From contig JAITPR010000032.1 in NCBI GenBank assembly GCA_031289315.1, positions 7,866 through 71,865 of the forward strand: DNA of 64,000 nucleotides, read 5' to 3'. The notes under the pieces were generated by a model that saw nothing but the letters and a program-made list of their open reading frames with translations, was not told the DNA's origin and made no database searches. The position numbers and the translations under genes are program-made. Positions 55,294 through 64,000 of the stretch are shown here, piece by piece. How positions within the stretch are numbered: position 1 is the stretch's first letter; every line of letters starts with the position of its first letter. The stretch comes from Clostridiaceae bacterium (GTDB taxonomy: Bacteria; Bacillota; Clostridia; Christensenellales; CAG-917).

Positions 55294-56112
55294 ATGGACG
55301 GCGGCGGCACGGTATTCAACATACAACGCTATTCACTGCACGACGGACCGGGTATCCGCACGGTTGTTTTTCTAAAGGGCTGTCCGTTGCGTTGCGCATG
55401 GTGTTGCAATCCGGAATCCCAACGCGCCGAAGTGCAAATAGGCTACGACCGGGAAAAATGTCTTTATTCATCGGGTTGTCGCCGTTGTGAGGAAGCGTTC
55501 GGCGCCCCCGTAAGCGACGGAAATGTATTCTGTTTGAGCGGTGCGGACGCGGCAAAAACCGATTGCTGTCCGACAAAAGCCTTGTTCGCCTACGGCGCGT
55601 ACAGAACGGTTAAAGAGGTTCTCGACATATGCGAACGCGACGAGATTTTTTACGGCGAAGACGGTGGCATAACCCTTTCCGGCGGTGAACCGTTTTTTCA
55701 AAGGGATTTCGCCCTAGCGTTACTTTCCGGCGCAAGAGAACGGTTGATAAATACCGCGGCGGAAACCGCAGGGGCAATTCCTTACCCGGTTTTGCGTGAA
55801 GCCGCTCCGCTGTTGGACTATCTGCTTTACGATATAAAGCACCTTGACGCTAGCAAACACAAGGCATGGACGGGAGCGGACAACCGGATTATTTTGGAGA
55901 ACTTCGACGCGCTTTGTAAGGAATTTCCAACGCTTCCAAAAAAGGTACGCACGCCCATAATAAACGGCTTCAACGACGGCATATTGAAGGAAATCGCGGC
56001 TTACGCCCATGTGCACGGTGCGGATTTTGAAGCGTTGCCGTTCCATGCCTTCGGCACAAATAAATATGCGTGCCTCAAAAGAGAGTATGCGCCGCACAAT
56101 AAGTTAACTTAA
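55294..56112 (+). CDS. Glycyl-radical enzyme activating protein (radical SAM)
   Basis: GPGIRTVVFLKGCPLRCAWCCNPES, Cys-rich ferredoxin-like insert (CLYSSGCRRCEE...CCP), GGITLSGGEP. Confidence 0.92.
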   Translation: MDGGGTVFNIQRYSLHDGPGIRTVVFLKGCPLRCAWCCNPESQRAEVQIGYDREKCLYSSGCRRCEEAFGAPVSDGNVFCLSGADAAKTDCCPTKALFAYGAYRTVKEVLDICERDEIFYGEDGGITLSGGEPFFQRDFALALLSGARERLINTAAETAGAIPYPVLREAAPLLDYLLYDIKHLDASKHKAWTGADNRIILENFDALCKEFPTLPKKVRTPIINGFNDGILKEIAAYAHVHGADFEALPFHAFGTNKYACLKREYAPHNKLT

Positions 56113-56343
56113 CAAACTTAGTGCGATAAACGCCGCGTTGTAAAAAACACGGCACAAAAACTGTGCCTCTCAAAGCCGTACACTAGGCTAGCTTAACAAA
56201 CCTCAACGGCATAAAAGCCACATTACGAAAAACACCGCACTGCATAAGCCGGCACCGTCCCAACCTTGCCCGCGCAAAAAAACCGCGCCGTTCAATTTTG
56301 TTAGGCACGGAAAAACATCCTTACTTCATGGAGTGAAACTCAT

Positions 56344-57432
56344 ATGATACCGACATTCGAAGCCGTAAATCCGGTGAAAATCATATTCGGCAGCGGCACC
56401 TTTGCCCGTCTGGACTCCGTGCTTTCGGAAGCCGCCGTTCGTAGCACGGTTATCGTTACATTGCCGTATTTCCTGTCGCAAGCGGAAGAGCTATTAAAAA
56501 AAAATAAAATCTACAGCGGAATATTTTGTGGAATACGCGAAAATCCTCAACTTGCGGACACGGAAAAGCTGATAGACCAAATACGGAAAAGCGATGCCGG
56601 CGCGGTGGTCGCAATAGGCGGCGGAAGTGTAATCGACGGGGCAAAATTCGCGGCGGCGCTAAAATTCGCGGACGGCGGCGCGGAAGACTATTTTCTCCGT
56701 AAAAAGCCCTTTCCCGCGCGGCGAATACCCTTGATTGCCGTACCCACCACGGCGGGAACCGGCTCGGAGGTTACGCAAGTGTCCGTTATCAACCGGGGCA
56801 AGGAAAAGGTGACGCTTAACGACCCCGCATTCCGTCCCTACGCCGCCATAGTCGACAGCCTATTTACGCACTCGTTGCCGCCTAAAATCACCGCAATAAC
56901 CGGGCTTGACGCGCTTGCGCATGCCTTGGAAAGCGTTTGGAGCAAAAACCGAACGCCTTTGACGGATTTATATGCGGCGGAAAGCGCCCGTCTTATCGCG
57001 CGGCATTTGGAAACCGTACTGAACCGCCCGAATGACGCGGACGCGCGCGACGGCATGAGTTACGCCTCCCTTTTGGCGGGATTGGCGTTCGCCGTCACAA
57101 AAACCGCGGCGGTACACGCGTGTAGTTATCCTCTTGCGGAGCTGTACGGATTGCCGCACGGCGAAGCGTGTGCGCTTACCTTAAGCGGCTTCATAAAAAT
57201 AAATAATGACGACCGCTTAGAGAAAATTTCCCGTGAAGCAGGCTTAGGCTCCTCCGCGGGGCTTGCCGAATTTGTGGAAAAAATCAAGCATAAGGCGGGG
57301 CTGACAACCTCTCTGAGCGGAGCGTTTCCGCCGTCGCTTATCACCGACGCGGAAAAACACCCCCTATCCGCGAACAATCCCGTTCCCGTTACCGCAGAGC
57401 TTTTAATCGAATTATTCAATAGCTTGAAATAA
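56344..57432 (+). CDS. Group III iron-containing alcohol dehydrogenase (short, 362 aa)
   Basis: VVAIGGGSVIDGAKF, AVPTTAGTGSEVT, metal-site His motifs (LDALAHALES, AVHACSYPL, LPHGEAC). Confidence 0.85.
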   Translation: MIPTFEAVNPVKIIFGSGTFARLDSVLSEAAVRSTVIVTLPYFLSQAEELLKKNKIYSGIFCGIRENPQLADTEKLIDQIRKSDAGAVVAIGGGSVIDGAKFAAALKFADGGAEDYFLRKKPFPARRIPLIAVPTTAGTGSEVTQVSVINRGKEKVTLNDPAFRPYAAIVDSLFTHSLPPKITAITGLDALAHALESVWSKNRTPLTDLYAAESARLIARHLETVLNRPNDADARDGMSYASLLAGLAFAVTKTAAVHACSYPLAELYGLPHGEACALTLSGFIKINNDDRLEKISREAGLGSSAGLAEFVEKIKHKAGLTTSLSGAFPPSLITDAEKHPLSANNPVPVTAELLIELFNSLK

Positions 57433-57508
57433 ACAACGACAAGCTGAAAACAACTCAATTCAACTTTCACGGTCACAAAACGACCGCATAAAACGAGGTA
57501 TATAATTT

Positions 57509-58840
57509 ATGTCAAAGCTGACAAAACAACAGGTCGTCGAATACGACAAGACCTATAATCAACATCCGTGGCTCATAGGAAACATAGACCCGCTTGCAGT
57601 AGAGCGTGCGGAGGGTATTTATTTTTATGATTACGACGGCAAGCGTTACTATGACATGTCCTGCCAGCTTTCCTGCGCGAACATAGGCTTCGGACATCCC
57701 GAAATATCGGAAGCTATAAAAAAACAGCTTGATATCCTCCCCTACAACGCGCCCGCCTATGCCACCGCGCCAAAATCCGAGCTCGCCAAACGCATAATCG
57801 GGCTTGCTCCCGACAACATGGCGAAGGTGTTCTTCACTTGCGGCGGTTCGGATGCCAACGAAGCCGCAATCAACATAGCGCGCACGGTAACTGGAAGAAG
57901 CAAGATTTTTTCGCGGTACAGAAGCTATCACGGTTCGACGTTGGGCGCGGGCAATTTATCCGGCGACCCTAGACGGTTTGATTTAGAGCTTCCCGCCGCA
58001 CCCGGCTTCGTCAAGTTCGCAGACCCGTACCTATACAGAAGCGGATTAAAATTTAAAACCCCCGCGGAAGCCTCCGCGCATTACCTCCGTTTGCTTGAAG
58101 AGCAAATCGTATACGAGGGAGCGGATAGAATTGCCGCTATCGAAATTGAAACGGTAACCGGCGCCAACGGAGTCATAATTCCGCCCGATGGCTACCTGCA
58201 AGGACTGCGCGCACTTTGCGACAAATACGGCATACTGCTGATATGCGACGAGGTTATGGCGGGCTTCGGCAGAACGGGAACAGCTTTCGCCGTTGAACAC
58301 TGGGATGTAAAACCCGATATAATCGCTTTTGCAAAAGGCATTACTAGCGGTTATATTCAGTTGGGCGGCGTAATTATAAGCAAGCAAATTGCAGACTTTT
58401 ACAAGGATAAGGTCTTTCAATACGGATTGACATACAGCGGACACACCTTAGCCTGCGCCGCCGGTATCGCTTGTCTTGATTTCTACGAAAAATATTCAAT
58501 TTTCGACCACGTGAAAACACTTGGCAAGGTATTCGGAAAGTTGCTTGAAGAACAGAAGAAAAAGCATGTATGTATAGGTGAGGTTCGGTATATAGGGCTG
58601 TTCGGGGCAATCGAACTCGTCAAAAACCGTGAAAACCGTGAACCGCTTGTTCCCTACGGCGGTGATAAAAAGGGCGTTATGAAACGTATCTTCGGCTTAC
58701 TGCGTGAACGCGGATTCGCCACCTATGGACGCGAAAACAATATAAATATTTGTCCGCCGCTTATAATAACCGAACAAGAACTACGCTCCGCTTTTGAAAT
58801 CTTAGACAGCGTTCTCTCTATCGTGGACAGCGAATTGTAG
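57509..58840 (+). CDS. Class-III (omega-type) PLP-dependent aminotransferase
   Basis: 443 aa; FTCGGSDANEAA, LICDEVMAGFGRTG, PLP-Lys AFAKGITSGY, GLTYSGH. Confidence 0.88.
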   Translation: MSKLTKQQVVEYDKTYNQHPWLIGNIDPLAVERAEGIYFYDYDGKRYYDMSCQLSCANIGFGHPEISEAIKKQLDILPYNAPAYATAPKSELAKRIIGLAPDNMAKVFFTCGGSDANEAAINIARTVTGRSKIFSRYRSYHGSTLGAGNLSGDPRRFDLELPAAPGFVKFADPYLYRSGLKFKTPAEASAHYLRLLEEQIVYEGADRIAAIEIETVTGANGVIIPPDGYLQGLRALCDKYGILLICDEVMAGFGRTGTAFAVEHWDVKPDIIAFAKGITSGYIQLGGVIISKQIADFYKDKVFQYGLTYSGHTLACAAGIACLDFYEKYSIFDHVKTLGKVFGKLLEEQKKKHVCIGEVRYIGLFGAIELVKNRENREPLVPYGGDKKGVMKRIFGLLRERGFATYGRENNINICPPLIITEQELRSAFEILDSVLSIVDSEL

Positions 58841-58846
58841 AAAACC

Positions 58847-60220
58847 TTATAACCCAGCCTTAACGGCGTCGGCATACGCGTCAATATCGTCATCGGTGTG
58901 CGCGACGGAAAGAAAACACGCTTCGAATTGCGACGGGGGAATATAAAATCCTTTGCCGAACACATTGCGAAAATATTCGGCGTAGCCATCACGCAAACAA
59001 GCCTTTGCATCGGCATAATTTCTAACTTTCGCCGTTCGCCCGATAAAAACCGTGTGAAGCGAACCGATTGAATTGACGGTCGCAGTTTTACCGATATACA
59101 ATTCGGTTGCCGCATAATTGCCGTTCACGCAAATTGCTTTCATGCCGCCTTTTACCGCGCGGTTTTTGCAGATATTTTTATTGTCATTGGCTTCCTCCGA
59201 AAATATCGTCTTAAGCCTATCGTTCAAATGGGCGGAAAGCCGCGCCAATTTTTCGTAAACGGCGGGGGTGTTTTTAAGAATTGACAACTGCGATATGCCC
59301 GCGGCAACGGATATGGGATTGCCGCTCAACGTCCCCGCCTGATAGACCTTTCCCTCCGGCGCTAAGCAATTCATAACCTCGTCCCGTCCGATAATCGCGC
59401 CCACCGGGAGTCCGCCGCCGATTATTTTACCTAGCGTAGTGATGTCCGGATTAAGTCCGTAAAGCCGCGCCGCACCCGTGTACCCGAACCGGAAGCCGGT
59501 TATCACCTCGTCCGCAATGAGTAGCGCTCCGTATCGGCGGCAAAGCCCTTCAACGATCTTTAAAAATGCCGGTTCGGGAAGCACAACGCCCATATTGCAA
59601 GGTATTATTTCTAGTATAACCGCCGCAACCGTGTCTTTATTCGCGCAAAATAGTTCATTAAATCCTTTTTCATCATTAAATTCGGCTACCAGCGTATCCG
59701 CTGCCATACCCGCCGTCAGCCCGCCGTATGCGGAAAATTGCGCCGCGCCGCTGCCGCCCTCTATGAGAACCGCGTCCGAATGACCGTGATAACAGCCGGA
59801 AAATTTTATTATTTTGGAGCGTCCCGTCACACCGCGCGCTAAGCGTACCGCCGTCATCACCGCTTCGGTACCTGAGCTTACAAGCCGCACCTTACCGGCA
59901 TCAGGGAAGGCGCTCAACACAAGCTCCGCAAGCTCTGCTTCCTTGTCGCAAAGCGCACCAAAGCTTGCGCCGTCCGCCGCCGTCCGCGCTATACTTTCGG
60001 TTATTTCCTCACGCGCATGTCCCAAAATAGCCGCTCCCCACGAACACACAAAATCAATATATTCCTTGCCTTCAACGTCAAAAAGGCGTGCGCCCTTGCC
60101 CCGCCTTATGACGGGCGGCGTACCACCTACATGCTTAAACGCGCGCACGGGACTGTTGACACCGCCGACAAGCACGCGTTTTGCTCTTTCAAAATAAATT
60201 TCGTTCCCGTTGTCTTTCAT
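58847..60220 (-). CDS. hemL: Glutamate-1-semialdehyde 2,1-aminomutase
   Basis: GGVNSPVRAF, SWGAAILGH, SGTEAVM, IADEVITGFR, LGKIIGGGLPVGA; start at ATG 60220, or in-frame GTG 60229; contains a ~30-aa insertion relative to the typical length. Confidence 0.9.
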   Translation of the reverse strand: MKDNGNEIYFERAKRVLVGGVNSPVRAFKHVGGTPPVIRRGKGARLFDVEGKEYIDFVCSWGAAILGHAREEITESIARTAADGASFGALCDKEAELAELVLSAFPDAGKVRLVSSGTEAVMTAVRLARGVTGRSKIIKFSGCYHGHSDAVLIEGGSGAAQFSAYGGLTAGMAADTLVAEFNDEKGFNELFCANKDTVAAVILEIIPCNMGVVLPEPAFLKIVEGLCRRYGALLIADEVITGFRFGYTGAARLYGLNPDITTLGKIIGGGLPVGAIIGRDEVMNCLAPEGKVYQAGTLSGNPISVAAGISQLSILKNTPAVYEKLARLSAHLNDRLKTIFSEEANDNKNICKNRAVKGGMKAICVNGNYAATELYIGKTATVNSIGSLHTVFIGRTAKVRNYADAKACLRDGYAEYFRNVFGKGFYIPPSQFEACFLSVAHTDDDIDAYADAVKAGL

Positions 60221-60238
60221 GCTTCTCACTTATTTAGA

Positions 60239-60263
60239 GCGTGGACAATTTTGCCGCACCCGT
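60239..60263. repeat. Collapsed MITE (left terminus abutting right terminus)
   Basis: gcgtggacaat|tttgccgcacccg compared with the intact copy gtggacaat...gagttgtccgcaccc at 61362-61432. Confidence 0.45.
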
Positions 60264-60323
60264 TCTGTTTTACACATTTCTCTTTATGCGTTTACGCGCG
60301 CGGCACGCGTTTTTGACCTTGCG

Positions 60324-61307
60324 TCAGTCCTTTTCTCTCAACCAAACCGCCAATTCCTTAGCGTGATAGGTTATCAGTATGTCCGCACCCGCACGGAACG
60401 CGGCAAGCGCACTCTCCGTCACCGTACGTCTTTCATCAATGTATCCGCGTTCCGCCGCCGCCTTTATCATAGCGTATTCACCGCTAACGCTGTACGCCGC
60501 AAGCGGAAGCAAGGTGTTTTTTCTTATTTCCGCAAGCACATCTAAATAAAACATCGCCGGCTTCACCATGAGTATGTCCGCCCCCTCCCGTTCATCCGTC
60601 AAGGCTTCGCGCAAGGCCTCACGCTTGTTCGCCGGGTTTATCTGATAGCCGCACCTATCCCCGAACGACGGTGCGGACGCCGCCGCTTCGCGAAAGGGCG
60701 CGTACAGAGCGGACGCAAACTTCGCCGAATACGCCATAATAGCCACGGAGGAAAAACCGTTTCCGTCCAAAATCTCCCGTATCGCCGCAACCTGAAAATC
60801 CGCCATTGCCGACGGCGCAACTACGTCCGCACCCGCTTCTGCGTGACTTAGCGCGGTTTTTTGTAGCAGTCGCAAAGTCTTATCGTTGTCAACCACCCCG
60901 TTTACAAGCGCGCCGCAATGACCGTGCGAGGTATATTCGCACAGACAAACGTCGGTTATAACGGTGAATTCGCCCATGCCTTTAAGCTTTTTCACGGCGG
61001 TCTGAACTATGCCGTCCTTTGCGTAAGCGCCGCTACCCGTCTTATCCTTTTCGGTGGGCAAACCAAAAAGCAATACGTTTTTGACACCCGCGTTCCGTAA
61101 TTCTTCGGCGGCGCGGTCCAGCGTATCTATGCCGTATCTATACTGCCCGGGCATAGACGGAATTTCCTCAAAAACGCCCTTTCCCTCTTTTATAAACAAC
61201 GGATACACCAAAGCTGACTTTTTTATTTCAGTTTCGTTTACTAAACATCTTATTTGAGGGTTTGCACGCAAGCGTCTTAATCGCGTTTGTGTTTCCATAA
61301 TTTGCAT
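60324..61307 (-). CDS. hemB: Porphobilinogen synthase (delta-aminolevulinic acid dehydratase)
   Basis: RLRRLR, LVYPLF, DVCLCEYTSHGHCG (Zn Cys site), PSAMADFQV, SAKFASALYAPFR, ADILMVKPA, YSVSGEYAM. Confidence 0.96.
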   Translation of the reverse strand: MQIMETQTRLRRLRANPQIRCLVNETEIKKSALVYPLFIKEGKGVFEEIPSMPGQYRYGIDTLDRAAEELRNAGVKNVLLFGLPTEKDKTGSGAYAKDGIVQTAVKKLKGMGEFTVITDVCLCEYTSHGHCGALVNGVVDNDKTLRLLQKTALSHAEAGADVVAPSAMADFQVAAIREILDGNGFSSVAIMAYSAKFASALYAPFREAAASAPSFGDRCGYQINPANKREALREALTDEREGADILMVKPAMFYLDVLAEIRKNTLLPLAAYSVSGEYAMIKAAAERGYIDERRTVTESALAAFRAGADILITYHAKELAVWLREKD

Positions 61308-61361
61308 CCTTTAACGATTTCATTCACCTGTACGGGAACGGAGCGTATTTTATTACCCTTC

Positions 61362-61432
61362 GGGTGTGGACAATCCGTGACGACAACTTGCTACTCAAGA
61401 AAATATTTTATCACCGCGAGTTGTCCGCACCC
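61362..61432 (+). mobile_element. MITE-like palindromic element, standard 71-bp form, between cobA-hemD and hemB
   Basis: gggtgtggacaatccgtgacgacaa-cttgctactcaag-aaaatatttt-atcaccgcgagttgtccgcaccc; imperfect flanking repeat cccttcgg / cctttcgg. Confidence 0.7.
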
Positions 61433-61465
61433 GCCTTTCGGCACTTAATATCATTTTTAAACAAG

Positions 61466-63082
61466 TTATTTTCTGCATTCGTTTAACAGCGCTGCAAACA
61501 ATCCTTCGTCGTTTGCCTCCGCCGAAACGCATATCTTTTTAAATCCGTGCACTGCCGCAGCCTGCGCCGTAATCTCTCCTATGCAAACGGCTGATACTCC
61601 GGACGGTTGCGAAAAAATTTCCGTAAAGTGACGCACCGCCGACGGACTGCAAAAAACCGCCGTTGAAAATCCGCCTTCCTTTAATTTTTCCTCTACGAAT
61701 TTGTTTCGCTTTGCGCAAGGCAGAGTTTCGTAAGCGGCAATTTCAATGAAGTCGGCTCCTCTCACGCTTGCGGCGCGTGAAAGTTCGTCGGACGCGTCCT
61801 TAGCTCTTAAATAAAGCGTTCCGGGCAATTTTTCCGCGCGCGTTGCCTTTTTATCGGGTATTGACGAACTTTTTATGCCCTCTCCGTCTTTTGCTCTTAC
61901 GGAAGCGGCTACGGAAGAATTTTTTAAGCCCTTGCCGTACTTTGCTTTTGCGAAATCGGAATCCGTTACGTTTGGGAACAGCATCCTTGCAAGTGCCGCG
62001 GAATTTTCGGGTTTTGCCGTTATATCTGCGATTATCCCAAATTTTTTCAACGCCGCCGCCGTCTTTTCGCCGATAACGGCAAAGCTTATTTGGGAAAATG
62101 CCCGTGCATCAACTCCGTTTTTATACGCCGCCGCAACAAAGCTTTTCACCGCCGCCGCACTGGAAAAAGCTATGCGCATGACGCCGCCCGACATAGCGGC
62201 GAACAATTCCCGCGATATTTCCAACGGAACAGTTTCGATTGCCGGAAAAATTACCGCCTCTCCTCCCACCGCATTAACGCGCTCAAACAGCGGCAAATTT
62301 TTCTCAAACGGACGTGTCAAAACCACGCGCCTGCCTGCAAGCGATCTAGAAAATTCCGCAAAGCCCGTAGCGCCTACCGCAAGCACGGCGGGAGCGGTTA
62401 TCCCCTCCGTTTCGACGGTTTCCATAAGCTTGAACAGCGGCGCGGTTATTGCGCGCTCTCCGTATCCGCCCGCGCGCTCTAAAAACACGCAAGGCGTATG
62501 GGAGTCAAGACCCGCCGCAAGCAATGCGGTTTCTATGTCCAAAATTCTTGATACGCCCATCAAGAATTCCGCGACGCCGCCCGCATCAACCGTGGCTTTT
62601 GCGGCATTTATAACGGAAATATCGGCTTTTTCTCCGTCCGCGCGCACCGTCGACGTCGCGAAAACACCCGCCGAACCGCCGCGTTTTGTGAGCGACAACC
62701 CCAGCCGCGAAGCCGCGCCGGTTATTGAACTTACGCCCTCTACTAAGTCGAACGGCACTCCGTTTTCCTTTAAAAATTCCGCCTCCTCAAAGCCGCGCCC
62801 GAATATAAAAGGGTCGCCGCTTTTTAGACGCGCCACGGTTTTACCATCATTTGCGTAACGCAAAAGCATGCGGTTTATATACGCCTGTCGCGCCGCGCCG
62901 CCCTCCGACGGTTTGCCGACATCAATAAAAATTTTATCCGGCGGTATCCGGGAAATCAGCGACAGGGAAATTAATCGGTCGAATACGATTACATCGGCGG
63001 AAAGCGTCAAGCTCAAGCCACGCGCCGATATGCCGCCACCGCCCAATAGCCCCGCGCCTATCAAATAGACTATGCCTTGCAT
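61466..63082 (-). CDS. Fusion protein: uroporphyrinogen-III C-methyltransferase (CobA/SUMT) + uroporphyrinogen-III synthase (HemD)
   Basis: ATG 63082 after AAGGAG; N-terminal half VYLIGAGLLGGG..., LKSGDPFIFGRG, LVEGVSS; C-terminal half HemD-like (two Rossmann-like lobes) with a Lys/Ser-rich ~45-aa insert. Confidence 0.85.
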   Translation of the reverse strand: MQGIVYLIGAGLLGGGGISARGLSLTLSADVIVFDRLISLSLISRIPPDKIFIDVGKPSEGGAARQAYINRMLLRYANDGKTVARLKSGDPFIFGRGFEEAEFLKENGVPFDLVEGVSSITGAASRLGLSLTKRGGSAGVFATSTVRADGEKADISVINAAKATVDAGGVAEFLMGVSRILDIETALLAAGLDSHTPCVFLERAGGYGERAITAPLFKLMETVETEGITAPAVLAVGATGFAEFSRSLAGRRVVLTRPFEKNLPLFERVNAVGGEAVIFPAIETVPLEISRELFAAMSGGVMRIAFSSAAAVKSFVAAAYKNGVDARAFSQISFAVIGEKTAAALKKFGIIADITAKPENSAALARMLFPNVTDSDFAKAKYGKGLKNSSVAASVRAKDGEGIKSSSIPDKKATRAEKLPGTLYLRAKDASDELSRAASVRGADFIEIAAYETLPCAKRNKFVEEKLKEGGFSTAVFCSPSAVRHFTEIFSQPSGVSAVCIGEITAQAAAVHGFKKICVSAEANDEGLFAALLNECRK

Positions 63083-63179
63083 ACACGCTCCTTCAACCCG
63101 TCCGCCGGTATCTCCGCAACGTACGGATTTTCCATCTCCGAACACGCCGAAGCTTGCACCGTTGCAACCAAAATGTAGC

Positions 63180-64000
63180 TCATTTTAGACATACACGTTC
63201 CTTTAATTCGTCCGCAAGCCGTTCAGCTTCGTGCAAAATTTTATCTGCGGACGCGCTCACCTTGCCCTTTGCGACCTGTGAGCCTTCCGAATACATCAAA
63301 CTTACCGTGGCGTTGCCACCGGCAAATTCCGCGTATGCCGCATGGGGAGAAGCGCAACCTCCCCCAAAGCGTGTCATTAAATCGCGTTCCAAAAGAGCGG
63401 CACGCCTGCTGTCCGCATCGTCTACGGCGGTGAGATAGGCGTAATCTCCTGCTGGATGTCCTTGCACCGCCAAAATACCCTGTCCTGCGGCGGGAACCAC
63501 CTCGTCTACGGAAAAGTACCGGCAAATTCGCCGTTCCAGCCCCAACCGGATAAGCCCCGCCGCCGCAAGCACAAGTGCGCCGTATTCGCTCGCATCCAGC
63601 TTTTCAAGGCGGGTAATTACGTTACCGCGAACGGGCTTGACCGCGGCGCTAGGAAACAGCACGGCTATCTGCGCGTTTCTGCGCGCGCCGGAAAAGCCTA
63701 TCGGCGACGGTGTGTCCGCCATTATGTTGCCGCCGAATTTATTTTCTATTGCCGGCAAAATCAACGCGTCGCGCGGGTCGGCGCGCTTGCCGTAGGCATA
63801 AATCGGGAAAGGCGAATCAAAAGGCAAGTCCTTCAAGCTGTGTACCGCTATGTCTATCTCACCCGACGCAAGCGCAGCTTCAAGGGAGTCGGAAAACTGT
63901 CCCTTTGCAGTGAGGTAATCGACGGACGCGTCCGCCGTAAGGTCGCCCGAAGCGTTTATTTCCACGGTTTCAAAGGACAGTTCCGAATGCGCGCGGGAAA
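63180..64000 (-). CDS. hemC: Porphobilinogen deaminase (hydroxymethylbilane synthase), 5' end beyond the window
   Basis: EIDIAVHSLKDLP, RADPRDAL, RGNVITRLEKL, VPAAGQGILAVQ, GGCASPHAAYA; the frame stays open from 63965 to the window edge. Confidence 0.88.
   Translation of the reverse strand, partial: SRAHSELSFETVEINASGDLTADASVDYLTAKGQFSDSLEAALASGEIDIAVHSLKDLPFDSPFPIYAYGKRADPRDALILPAIENKFGGNIMADTPSPIGFSGARRNAQIAVLFPSAAVKPVRGNVITRLEKLDASEYGALVLAAAGLIRLGLERRICRYFSVDEVVPAAGQGILAVQGHPAGDYAYLTAVDDADSRRAALLERDLMTRFGGGCASPHAAYAEFAGGNATVSLMYSEGSQVAKGKVSASADKILHEAERLADELKERVCLK

Noticed and set aside
63963-63965. GTG at 63965 as the hemC start (as in the ORF track)
   Set aside because: The frame remains open upstream to the window edge (..SRAHSELSFETVEINASGD). 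HemC homologues have ~40-50 more N-terminal residues, so the gene is truncated by the window.

Overview
Chromosomal core region of a Clostridia-type Firmicute, roughly 50% GC by eye. The assignment rests on the SCIFF locus and the conserved order ruvC-ruvA-ruvB-queA-tgt-yajC-scfA-scfB-secD-secF-recJ-relA. I support about 49 protein genes. On the + strand: an oxidoreductase and deacetylase region, pgi, a yfbR-like gene, the ruv/que/sec/recJ/relA block, hemZ-like, rpsO and pnp. On the - strand: split transketolase, a GH38 mannosidase, a complete histidine operon (hisZGDCBHAF-IE), serS and leuS. A + strand cluster follows (glycyl-radical enzyme, activase, Fe-alcohol dehydrogenase, class-III aminotransferase), then - strand tetrapyrrole genes (hemC partial, cobA-hemD fusion, hemB, hemL). 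I found no rRNA, tRNA, CRISPR, prophage, transposase or recognisable defence genes. The most unusual content is non-coding. (1) A very dense family of ~70-bp palindromic MITE-like elements with 7-10 bp target-site duplications: 10 intact copies in three size classes plus 3 remnants. One copy supplies the last codons and stop codon of hisC. (2) A second dispersed motif family (GTCACCYTGAGCG) that forms a 57-bp palindrome and has been amplified into eight head-to-tail 30-bp repeats between queA and tgt. (3) Recurrent tandem duplications of gene termini (ruvA, hisB and hisG 3' ends, recJ 5' end). Coding points of interest are a 57-codon SCIFF precursor missing from the ORF track, a catalytically degenerate MalK-like ABC ATPase translationally coupled to ruvC, and a glycyl-radical cluster whose gene logic resembles taurine/isethionate C-S cleavage. 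All calls come from reading the sequence and translations by eye; no database searches were run.
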